In this document: positions 52,097 through 64,000 of the stretch, in pieces
How the letters are laid out: every line of letters begins with the position of its first letter
How positions within the stretch are numbered: the stretch's first letter is position 1
DNA from: Octopus vulgaris
Taxonomy: Eukaryota
NCBI GenBank assembly: GCA_951406725.2
Contig: OX597819.1
Location: 105,648,001-105,712,000, forward strand
Length of the DNA: 64,000 nucleotides
Direction of reading: 5' to 3'
Made by a program: the position numbers and the translations under genes
The notes under the pieces: generated by a model
Databases searched by the model: none
What the model was told of the DNA's origin: nothing
What the model saw: only the letters and a program-made list of their open reading frames with translations

Positions 52097-53069
52097 GTCT
52101 GTCTACTAACTACATATCTTGTGCAAATGCATGTGTCTGTTTTTTAAATCTGTGTGTATTTATTTATAGCTATTGAGAATCTGTACGCAAAGACTGACAA
52201 CACGAGATATACCGAGATAGAGAGATTAAAGACAAACATCAAAACAGGAAAACATGTTATTTCCTGTCTTCAAACACCGTACGTTACATCTCCCTAAGAT
52301 ATAGTTTTATAAAGATTTATTGCAGGCTGTCATAGTCTGTGAACTTAAGCTGGCAAATACAGACGAACGCTTGGTTTAAGAACATTACTTATAACTACCT
52401 GACGCCAAGTTCGAGTAGACCGTGCAGATAAAACCTTTCATTGTGCATAAATGAAAATCGGTAGAGGTAAAGAGCTGAAAACCTGGATGGTCTATTAACT
52501 CTTTTTGCTCTTCGGTGGCAGACTTAAATCCTTCCGCTGTTTAAACCTTACCATCTGGTCTCGAGTTGCCCTTAGTGGTGTGCACAATTTTACAAGCACT
52601 AGCATTATGTTGCCAGTCTGTATATAACCCTGGAGATGTGGTTTCTTCCCTTCCTTTTCACTGGTGACGGAGGCCCTCTAAATTGTAAAACATGTAAATT
52701 CTCCCCTGACTAAACTATGGATTATTTCCTCATATTCATCCATCTGTATTACCTTTCTTTGTTTAACTCTTTTCCTTTCAACAAATTACCATAAACATAT
52801 AATACCCCATGATGCTAACTAGAAATAGTTATTCAAACTTAGGAATAAATTTTAAGCTACGTTAGACTTTTCTTCTTCCTCACAGCATAAAATTTATTCT
52901 GCTTTTGAATTATTTCTATTATGTTCGCCAGCAGACGCATATAATCTTATATTTCTTCATATACTATAGTTTTACGAGAAATAATTATATGGTGAAGAAA
53001 CCAATATTATTAGCATTATTTCTATACGCACGGGCGACAACTCCTGCCATATTTGGATAATTTATAGTT

Positions 53070-53275
53070 CGTAATCGGAACACAAGGTTAGAAATTTTGA
53101 GTGAATCGATCGATTACATCACCTTCAGTATTTGACTGGTACTTCATTTTATCAACCTCGTAAGAATGAAAGGCAAAACTGACCTCGGCGTGATTTGAAC
53201 TTAGAATGTGAATAGCCAGAAGAAATGTATTTTATTATTTTGTCCCGTGCTCTAACGATCCTGCCAATCCTCCTC
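53070..53275 (-). mobile_element. SINE family B, diverged
   Basis: tcgattacatc...actggtact...gaatgaaaggcaaa...ctaacgatcctgcca. Confidence 0.7.
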
Positions 53276-53752
53276 TTATGTTAGGACAATATATTGACCG
53301 AAGTCTAGTCAATCAAGTATTAGAGTGTCTTGTGATATACTTTCCTGCTCATTGCGTTCTGAGTTTAAATCACGACGATGAAAATTCACATTTCGTTTTC
53401 TTCGCGGATAAAATCAAGTCTCTTCCGCAGTAAATTTTTCGCTTTGTTCTCATGTTAGTAAACATTGATATAATTTTATAGGGCAGGAGCAGGAGACATC
53501 ACCGGGCATAGTTGGGTTATATAATGACATTCAGAGTAGTAGGGCATGATTTGTCTAATAGTTAAAGTACAGGAAAATTGTCTTTTTATATTTATTGGTG
53601 CTTTTTGCGTTCAAATCAAGCCGAAGTAAACTTGGCATTTCATTTTTCCGAGGTCAATAAAAAGAGCATCAGTTAATTATTGGGACGAAAACTCTTTTCT
53701 CTTCTCCTTCTCTCTCTCTGAATTGGCTACACTATACTGTGAGAAGGACCTC

Positions 53753-53823
<71 letters not shown>

Positions 53824-53827
53824 ACAT

Positions 53828-53862
<35 letters not shown>

Positions 53863-53899
53863 CAATATGTACACATAATATACATGCATACATACATAC

Positions 53900-53934
<35 letters not shown>

Positions 53935-53935
<1 letters not shown>

Positions 53936-54830
53936 CAACAGACGAGGGAAGACAACCTCAATACAAACCTATACCTCCACAAAACAAGGCGCGAGAATCG
54001 TTATAAATAGCAACACACAAACACCTATGGGTAGGGAGCTAAGGAAAAATAGTATATCGATAGAAAGGAGGCCGCAGAGACATATAGAACACATAAAAGA
54101 ATACATGAGAAGCAGGGAATTAGGTCTCTGTAATTGTACTAAGAATAAAGTATGCCCTTTAAACTTCTAAATAGGGACCAGTTCGCTAAATTTCAAAACA
54201 AGACAATCTCACTATTTAAATTCATTTATGGATAGATGTAAAATTAAGCAAAGTGATCTGCTCCCTTAAAGATAGAAACCTTAACTTTACCACAGAATGG
54301 GAGATATTATGATAGTACGGCTAAACCACATCGAGCAGAAGGAAATAGATGTTAACTATGTATAGAAGAAATGTACGAAATCTTTATATCGAGACACAAA
54401 TTACTTATGAGCAAGCTGGAATCGGTCTTAAGATGATTACCTGAACATACCAAAACATTTAAGAAATTTAACACACATTCTAGATTACTCATTATCTCAC
54501 CCACAAATGGATGATAAAGAAAGGATGTCCTAAACTCCCCAAATACATGGCCTTTTCTAAACCAACCTAGTATATATTCTTTCTCCTTTCTATTACCTAG
54601 CATAAATATCACAGCCACGAAAATATCTGAATAACTAAGAACATAATATTGAACTGAACCACCTTAAAATAAAATACATTACAAGAACTATACTTGAAAG
54701 TAAGGTTTTTAAGTACCTATCTACAGCAATATATAAAGAAGCCTGCCAAAACAGTAACTCAAACTTCGACCTAATTAGATAGAATCCCGACTTCGGATAG
54801 CAACTGAAGTGAAACCAAGGTCATCCACAC
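53935..54830 (+). mobile_element. Decayed Naiad-like PLE 3' fragment with a broken HHR
   Basis: CNCTKNKVCPLN, KLSKVICSLKDRNLNFTTEWEIL and NRC*LCIEE. At 54782-54826: gaat-CCCGA-cttcgg atagcaa ctgaagt-GAAACCAAGGTC-atcc. Confidence 0.75.
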
Positions 54831-55194
54831 AGGCTTACAAACAGATCAGATTTCAGATTCAAAACAATCACCTCTCACTTTCCCTTGAACCCTAACCAAC
54901 AAACAACTAACTGTATTCAGCTCGCTTGGAGCCTAGCTGGTTGAAAGATCCTGAACAAAACTGCACAGAAAATATGTCCGGTTGTATCTGCAATTACGCC
55001 TACTCTCCGCAGTGAAGCGAACACGAAATTATCCATCGGAGGAATTTACTGCGTGAGTGACAGCCCATAGTATTCATAGATATTAAATACTAAACGATGT
55101 AGTTAGCCGTAACCTGGAATATAACTCAGAGCTACCACGGTATCCACCCGGATAATATATCACTCTAAACACACACACACACACGCACATACAG

Positions 55195-55570
55195 AGGCGT
55201 GGTGGTGTAGTAAGAAGCTTGCTTCTCAAAAACATGGTTCCATGTTCAGTCCCACTACATGGTAGCTTAAGTGTCTTCCACTATAGCCTCGGGCCGGCCG
55301 AAGCCTTGTGAGCAGACTTGATAGACGGAAACTGAAAGAAGCCCGTCGTATATCTATCTGTCTGTCTGACTGTCTGTCTATGTGTGTGCGTGTGTGTTTT
55401 TGTGTCCCCCCACATTACCACTTGACAACTGATGTTGGAGTGTTTACGTCCTTGTAACTTAGCAGTTCGGCACAAGAGACCGATAGAATAAATATTAAGC
55501 TTAAGAAATAAGTCCTGGGGTCGATTCGTTCAACTAAAACCCTTCAAGGCGGTGCTCCAGCAGTAAAAGA

Positions 55571-55571
<1 letters not shown>
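55195..55571 (+). mobile_element. SINE family A
   Basis: aggcgtggtggtgtagtaagaagcttgc...catggttcc..gttcagtccc...ggcggtgctccagca. Confidence 0.85.
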
Positions 55572-55601
<30 letters not shown>

Positions 55602-55869
55602 TATGTGTGTGTGCATGTGTGTGAATGCATGTGTGTCTGTATGTTTGAGTGCATGTGTGTGTGCCTGCGCGCATGCATGTGTGTGTGCATGTGTGTGTGT
55701 TTGCGTACCTGCGCGTGTGTTTGTCTGTGTGTGAGCATTCGATTCCTCAAAACTTCCAGAGTGGATAACAGATTATTCTGACAGAAGCTTTTGAGAAATA
55801 CACCAGCATTTTTTCCGCATTATTTCGGTAACAACACATCCAAATTAAGAAGACTCTGTTAGTCACTTT

Positions 55870-56080
55870 AAGGTGCTATCTGCGTAACCTTGAGAACGTC
55901 GACCAAAAAACCTTAAGTCACAAGGTGAAACAGATTCGGGTAATATCAACGATGGATACGTAGGTCTTTGGTTTTCTAAAACACTAAAGTCATATTATAA
56001 CGGTCAACAGAACCCTTTCTAAAATGTCTAGTAATAAGTGGTGTACAACAAGGCATAATTCTGGGACCCTACTTTTTAGC
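55870..56080 (+). pseudogene. CR1/Jockey-group LINE RT fragment
   Basis: ENVDQKTLSHKVK...VNRTLS..VISGVQQGIILGPLLF (cf. SGVPQGTVLGPLLF). Confidence 0.7.
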
Positions 56081-56603
56081 TTCACAATATTGTCTAATAG
56101 AAATATTAGTGGTGACACAGTCACCTAGTAAATATAAAAGATTATTCACTGGTTGACAAAGATAAAATTGTTCAGAAGAGTTGGGTGAAGTTTATTAGAG
56201 GATGTGGGCGAGAAAATCAATTCAGATAAGAAGCAGAAAAAGAATAAATGAAGAATTACAGATGTTGCTGAATCAGATAGCAAGAAGACACATACAAAGG
56301 AAATAAAGTAAAGTGACCAAGAAAAGTGTAGAACAGCATAAAATACATTTGTGCTGCAGATTTTTTTTTACAATAGAAAACAAGCTGTGATTTCAAATAC
56401 TTTTATCACATTATATCGCCAGATTTACGTAATATTGGATAATGTCGTTAGTTTAGTGTAAACTTAAATTGCATTAGTTTTGCATAAGAGATGGTAAACG
56501 ATGATGGTAATGTTGTTGATGACGAAGACGATGATGATAATGTTGATGATGATGATGATGTTGATGATGACGATGTTGAAGATGTTGATGATGAAATTTG
56601 CTA

Positions 56604-56817
56604 ATGGTTTCAAATTTTAGTACGGGGCTAGCAAGTTGGGCGGAGTGGGTAGGTCGATTACATCGACTCTAGTGCTCAACTAGTACGCTTTTTATCAACT
56701 TCAAAAGGATGAAAGGTAAAGTCGACATCGGCGTAATTTGAACTCAAAACAAAAAGACAGACGAAATGACTCTTAACATTTTTGCCGGCATGCTACAGAT
56801 TTTGTCAGCCCACCGCT
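56604..56817 (-). mobile_element. SINE family B, diverged
   Basis: gtcgattacatcgac...aaaggatgaaaggtaaagtcgac..tttgaactca. Confidence 0.75.
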
Positions 56818-56835
56818 TTAATAATAAAAACAAAA

Positions 56836-56949
<114 letters not shown>

Positions 56950-57014
56950 ATGATGCTGATGCTGATGATAATGATAACAACAACAACAACAACAACAACA
57001 ACAATAATAATAAA

Positions 57015-57575
57015 TGCTCTGATGCAGTACCAGGCAGTGGCTCTCATGATCTTAACTGATTGGAAGTGTTATCATGTACATTGCTTTGTCTTGGTATAAA
57101 AGATGGGTTACAGTAAATATTCCACTCGATACCACAGATTTGCTTGTCAGTTGTTTGACCTTAACCAGTTGAGCATGTCCCTTAGTGGCTGACGTTATGT
57201 GCATCTCTGATTACGAGCAGAACTAGTGGGAGAGCATCATAGCCTTGTGTTGAGAGGAAGTTTTGGAGGTTTGGATAATTCACTTTTAGAAACATGGGTG
57301 GTTTGTTTAACACCCTTAAACAATCCTTATTCAGGGACCTTTCGAGCGAGATGGGCTACTCGACCAGAAGATAATTCTAACTGGGCCCCACCTGCAAGGT
57401 CATGCGCTGTTTACTTTGATATGAGATCACCATTTCGCGCACATATGGTTGTGATGCATGTGCCTGGTGTACCCTTATCAGACGAGTAGTCATGATGGGT
57501 ATACTGGGCTTCGTATATTTTACCCCAGTGTCAATTTGATAGCATGCATTACTCTCTCACTCAATAATGATAATA

Positions 57576-57617
<42 letters not shown>

Positions 57618-58522
57618 TGCAGTACCAGGCAGTGGCTCTCATGGCTTCTGATCTTAACTGATTGGAAGTGTCATCATGTACATTGTTTTGTCTTGGTATA
57701 AAAGATGGGCTACAGCAAATATTCTGCTCAATACCGCAGATTTGCTTGTCAGTTGTTTGACCTTAACCAGTTGAGCATGTCCCTTAGTGGCTGACAATAC
57801 GTGCATCTCTGATCACGAGCAGAAGTAGTGGGGGAGCATCATAGCCATGTGTTGAGAAGGATTCTTTGGAGTTTGAATAATTCACCTCTGGAAACAGGTG
57901 TTTCGTTCAACATCCTAAAGCAACCCTTATTCAGGGACCTTTTGAGCAGGATGGGCTACTCGACCTGAAGAAAATTCTAACTGGGCCCCACCTGCAAGGT
58001 CATGTGCTGTTTATCTTGATATGAGATCACCATGTCGCGCACATATGGTTGTGATGCATGTGCCTGGTGTACCTTTATCAGACGGGTAGTCATGATGGGT
58101 ATGCTGGGCTTCGTATATTTTACCCCAGTGTCACTTTGATGGCATGCACTGCTCTCTCACTCAATAATAATAATAATAATAATAAGTGGGGGAGCATCAT
58201 AGCCATGTGTTGAGAGGGATTCTTTGGGGTTTGAATAATTCACTTCTGGAAACATGGGTGGTTCTTTCAACATCCTTAAACAACCCTTATTCAGGGACCT
58301 TTTGAGCGTGATGGGCTACTCAACCTGAAGAAAATTCTAACTGGGCCCCACCTGCCAGGTCATGTGCTGTTTATCTTGATATGAGATCACCATGTCGCGC
58401 ACATATGGTTGTGATGCATGTGCCTGGTGTACCCTTATCAGACGGGTAGTCATGATAGGTATATTGGGCTTCGTATATTTTACCCCAGTGTCACTTTGAT
58501 GGCATGAACTGCTCTCTCACTC
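57015..58522 (+). mobile_element. Tandem array of three family D copies (57015-57562, 57617-58162, 58185-58522) separated by (AAT)n
   Basis: All end ...ctctctcactc(AAT)n. Left ends are progressively shorter. Confidence 0.9.
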
Positions 58523-58821
58523 AATAATAATAATAATAATAATAGTAATAATAATAATAATGATGATCATCATGATGATGATGATGACGACAACGATGAT
58601 AATGGTAATGATCACGATGATAATGATGATGATGACAACGACGACGATGATGATAATTTTCCCCCAGCTTACTTTATCGTCAATATGTTTTAATATCACA
58701 TAAGTATGACTAAGTTCGTTAGCAATCAGGTGATTCTGTTTTCTGTTTCATATCACCAACACTCGTAGGCACACACGTACGCATGCGCGCAAACAGACAC
58801 ACACACACATACTCACGAACA

Positions 58822-58936
<115 letters not shown>

Positions 58937-59002
58937 CATACACACATACACACACATGCACACACACACACACACACACACATATATGTGAGGCGCATGT
59001 GA

Positions 59003-59037
<35 letters not shown>

Positions 59038-59754
59038 GTACGTGCGCGTGTATACCTGCAAATGTGGCTGTGTACAATGGCACTAATGATTGGATGACAG
59101 ATGAAAGAAACAAAAAAAAAAAATACTCCACATCACATGTGTAAATAGTGCTTAGATATAAAGATTTAAAGTCGTGGATATAATTATTTGAGAAAAGGGC
59201 TTACGAAAAAAAAAAACAGAAACAAAAAATATGAGTGATTGGAAAGTAGGGGTCATTCTGCCATGAAAATCTTCATATGATAGCTGTTATTTTTTAATGC
59301 TTATGTGTGATATCTCAGTTGATATCTTATATATATGTGGGTTGGGTGCTCTCAGTTCTATATAACTTTTAATCGTTTTCGTGTTGTGTGAATATCGGTA
59401 ACTTTTCAGGTGTACACATATGACAGGTGTTGGAATTTTGATAGGTGTCAGAGGAATCTAAGTGACCTAATGAGATATTGTTGGTTGGGTTTTAAACTTC
59501 AGATTCCAAATATGACTAGCATATGTAGTATTGTATCTTCCATGCAAGTTCCTCATTTGCATGGAGTTTCACAAAATCGAATATTTGCTTACATATGATA
59601 TATTTTTCATAAGCTTATGGCTCTCTGTAAATATTACTTAACTTATATACATTTAACAGCAACATAAATTGTAACTTTTTGATTTATCAACACATTTTGT
59701 ATAACATAAATTTCCTGTTCTTTTAATAAATCTAACATCAACACTAATAAAACC

Positions 59755-59825
<71 letters not shown>

Positions 59826-60135
59826 CACACACACATACACAAACACACTGACATACGCATATCCACACACTAAACTACGATTCCTTCATGAATGCAAGGC
59901 ATGCAAAGGAAGCTTAAATGTAGATAAATATAATTTTATTATAAAACCCTCATTTTTATGAGAGACTGTTAGAAGTGGGGATATTATGTATAATATGTAT
60001 CCTGCTTTTGATGCTTTATTTATTTTTAATTGCATGTTGTGGCTTAAATTCAAAGATGTGCTTTTATGATAGCAACTAAAACTTGCAACCACAAAAGAGT
60101 ATCTTTGAAATCTACTCTTACCATGCAATTACACA

Positions 60136-60249
<114 letters not shown>

Positions 60250-60334
60250 TACACACACATATAATAGTATTTTATAAACTTAAAGCTTATAAGCGAACAC
60301 CGCGCAATGACTGAAGTCGCAGTAAAATATATAT

Positions 60335-60386
<52 letters not shown>

Positions 60387-60406
60387 CATATATATATATG
60401 TATATA

Positions 60407-60505
<99 letters not shown>

Positions 60506-61254
60506 ATATATATAATATATATATATATAGTGATTTTAGTAATTATCTCATATTAATTATATCAGACCTCATCTCAACCATATTCATGCTAATGGTTTCT
60601 GTACGAAACTCACAAAGAAATATTCTGCCTAGAAAATATGTTTCTTCTCTAAAAAGCTGTAATATTTTATCATAAAACCAAAACCTTCTGTGAAGTCGAC
60701 AATACTCTATAAAAGTAAAGACACAATGATAACATTATACAAAACCAGCGTGCAAACGTGCAGCACAATAAAAAGTGCCGTGAAAATTATAACATCAAAT
60801 TTGAAACTAGGTAATAGACAAAATGGCGGCATTCAGCAACATTAAGCACCACAAATGTATTTTGATGCTAACGCTAAATGTAGGTTAATTAATCCAGCTA
60901 TGGCTGAAAATCGATTATATTAATTTTCAGAAACTTTAGTTACAATATTTGGAAAGCAACCAATCTTAAAGATTGGAACAATCGGTTCAATATCGTTAAG
61001 AATTAACATAACTCTAGTTTCATCCATTTTGTTATTTTCTAATTTTAAACTTGAATCTCTAAATCTGTATTCCGAATTTTCAAAATACAAGATAAAGAAA
61101 TTAAAATTAACAAGCCCTGAGAAAAATCCTACTTTTTTCGACAATGTTTCTGCATTGGTGAAAAGTATACTAATCTGATGGTTCTATCAATATAAGTAAG
61201 TGGGGGGCATACAATAGCGCAAAAGGCGTGTGAACTTTTAAGCGAACACACACA

Positions 61255-61352
<98 letters not shown>

Positions 61353-62069
61353 TATATATGTATATACATTAGAAATACTAAGCATATTTGAATAAACGTT
61401 GATACAATAGCTTAGCTATACTCGAATACTCCAACTAAAACTTGCAAGACACCTCAAAAAGACCTTATTTACACAATAAGCTTTTTTAGTTTAACAGCAA
61501 CGCTACACATTCAAGATTAGTTGACACCTGAAATGTTACCTTTAATATGGCCAAAAAGTACATGAACGCATTTAGCATACTGATCGAAACTCACATATTA
61601 GTATAGGCTTCTGCCACCTAGCAATATGTTTTTAGAACCTTATGAATAATACTCGGTGTAGAAGTTGTCCTCAAGTAATATCTTTGACAAATTGCCCTCT
61701 TAACCGAATAGTGTACTAGAAGACAGCAGATTCAAAAGCAAAATTACCTCAGCTCAACCATTCCACACTAAGAAGTGTCCTAATATTTTGTAATCCACAC
61801 CACCTACTTTGCTAATTTTTCAGTAGAATATTACAAACCTCCCCGAAATTTAACCTTAACTGGTAAACTTGTCACAACTAATTATTAGTATAGAAAATTA
61901 TTTGCTACAGATGTACCACAAAGATGCCAAACATTATATCTCTCGAAAACTGATGTTATCTGTACATGTACAGTATACCCAGCATTTATCAACCAAAAGC
62001 TTCTTCACAACACCCATTTTGATGTTGAGGAAACTTATCTAACAACCGGCATCAAAATTCTGATGAGGC

Positions 62070-62300
62070 CTTTTTCTGTATTTCTTAATTTTGACAGAGT
62101 ATTTGATAAGGTTAAGCCCGGGATCTTGTCACAAGCTGTGAATAGTGACTTTATAATAAGTATAAGCACTGTGATCTCTGATTTTCCGAGACAGTAAAAT
62201 GTTTGCAGGCTGCGAAATACTATCCGAGGTGTCTGTTATGAAATAGAGTCCAACAAGCCATCGTTTCTATGTCCCGTTTTGTTACTTATCATATTGTAAA
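62070..62300 (+). pseudogene. CR1/Jockey-group LINE RT fragment, highly decayed
   Basis: VFLNFDRVFDKVKPGIL (cf. YLDFAKAFDKVDHGIL) and a degenerate GVPQG segment. Confidence 0.5.
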
Positions 62301-63277
62301 ACACAGAATAAATGCTGTCATCACTCAATTCAAGACTGTGTCAGGTGTGGTAGAAAATAAAAGAAATTGTTTAAAATAATGAAGTGAGCATAAGTTGCAG
62401 ATGAATAAGAAAGTAATTTAGAAAGAAAGTGAAAAAAAGCAAAAACAAACAAATGAAGTATTTCGGCTTATATTGAGTAATCAAGAATTCAAACAAAAGT
62501 GTGAAACTTTGAGAAAAGTGTGTAATAAAGTGAAATAAACGTTACTTTTGTTCTGAAATTAAAACAATAGAAAGAATAGAAATAAATAAGCTGTGATGTT
62601 TTTGAATCTCTTTATCTTTTCACATCATTACTTTAAAGTAAATTTGCGACAACGTTTTCGTGTAAAACTAACCTATGATATTTTCAAAAATGAAATGAAA
62701 AATATACTAGTATGTTCAATTCAATTTTTTTATTTTGAAATCTTTCTAACTTTCCTGATATACTTACAGCCAGAGCCATTTGGATCAGAAGAATGCTCCA
62801 CAATCAGATGGCTCCACGTTCAACTTTACTCCACGGAACTCGCGAAATTGTCTTGTACCACATACACAACGCGAACTAGATCAGTCGCGGTCGATTTCAA
62901 CCCATAATCACGTGGTCGCAGACTCAATTTCTCTACCACTAATCCATAGCAATATGTTATTAAACTCAAATGGATCTTTTCACTTTGACCGGCAGATTTT
63001 TAAAATAATTTCTTTGTAACTAAACACTTTTAAACTTCGTATACTGGTAGAATGTGTTACATAAAACATCTTTTTCTCTTGGCTTTCTTGAGAAAATTCT
63101 GTAGTTTGTTAGCTATTTCTTGCTAAATTTCTTGCATTTCGGCGATTTCAACCAATCAATGACGTCTATTGAGGTGAATAAAATTTCTGCGGTTGTTTGT
63201 CAACAACAATTTCTTGTGGTGTCATATCAATTTGTCACTGTTATTTATGACATACTTGTTCGTGTGTCTGACCCCTT

Positions 63278-63380
<103 letters not shown>

Positions 63381-63658
63381 GACTGTTCTAGGACCTAAAA
63401 CTCTTCAAATGTAATTTTTGTCTAATATTTTCCTGATAAGATTCTTACACATTAACATGAATTTTTCTAAATTCATTATTGGGTCTGAATCGAAACTATT
63501 GTACAATTGTAGGATTATAATATTTATATTACAACAATAATATAATATTACGTTCATTAAAATATGTCAACCGTAAGTCTCCATTTCTTTTCATTTATAT
63601 GTATGTATATATATATATATACATACACAAATAAATATATATATATGCATATGTATAT

Positions 63659-63698
<40 letters not shown>

Positions 63699-63774
63699 GT
63701 ATATACACACACACACACATATATATATATATCTATAACATATATATTTATACATACACACACACACATATAGA

Positions 63775-63916
63775 TTCGTCTACGAATTTCACTTACAAGG
63801 CCTTGGTCGGCCCGAGGGTATAGCAGAAGACACTTTTCCAAGGTGCCACACAGAACTGAAACAGGAACCATGTGGTTGAGAAGCAAGCTTCTTACCACAC
63901 AGCAACGCCTGCACCT
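63775..63916 (-). mobile_element. SINE family A 5' part
   Basis: caaggccttggtcggcccgagg...ccaaggtgccac...ggaaccatgtggttgagaagcaagcttcttaccacacagc. Confidence 0.8.
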
Positions 63917-64000
63917 ATTATATACATGAATATATCTATCTTTATATGGCAAATGAATGACGGAAGACGGAATATACCTGAATTCATCTATCATGACAAT

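Noticed and set aside
57015-58522. CRISPR-like or satellite array
   Set aside because: The units are 340-550 bp dispersed-element copies separated by AAT microsatellite in eukaryotic DNA.
62060-62070. CTGATGAG hammerhead core
   Set aside because: There is no downstream stem II or GAAA, and it lies at the edge of a LINE RT remnant.

Overview
This is AT-rich, microsatellite-dense animal intergenic or intronic DNA. The SINE and repeat content suggests a coleoid cephalopod such as Octopus (inference). No host protein-coding exon can be supported, and nearly all ORF-track entries are translations of (CA)n, (TA)n, (TATC)n or (AAT)n. The dominant feature is a young 11.9-kb Penelope-like retroelement (PLE) at 19225-31094. 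It has a Naiad-type RT plus GIY-YIG ORF, 2.2-kb direct pseudo-LTRs, a 4.1-kb inverted 5'-truncated copy, and three copies of a type I hammerhead ribozyme (HHR) with an unusually long (~85 nt) stem II. Several other PLE families left fragments carrying different HHR variants: canonical, U3-A8 covariant, degenerate, and one type III-like fold. Fold-back palindromes also occur. Other elements are a decayed R4/Dong-like RLE retrotransposon, a 555-bp non-coding element repeatedly inserted in (AAT)n, an ORF1-only Tx1-like family inserted in (TATC)n, three tRNA-type SINE families, Tc1/mariner and hAT remnants, and CR1/RTE fragments. All RNA folds were paired by eye and none were computed.
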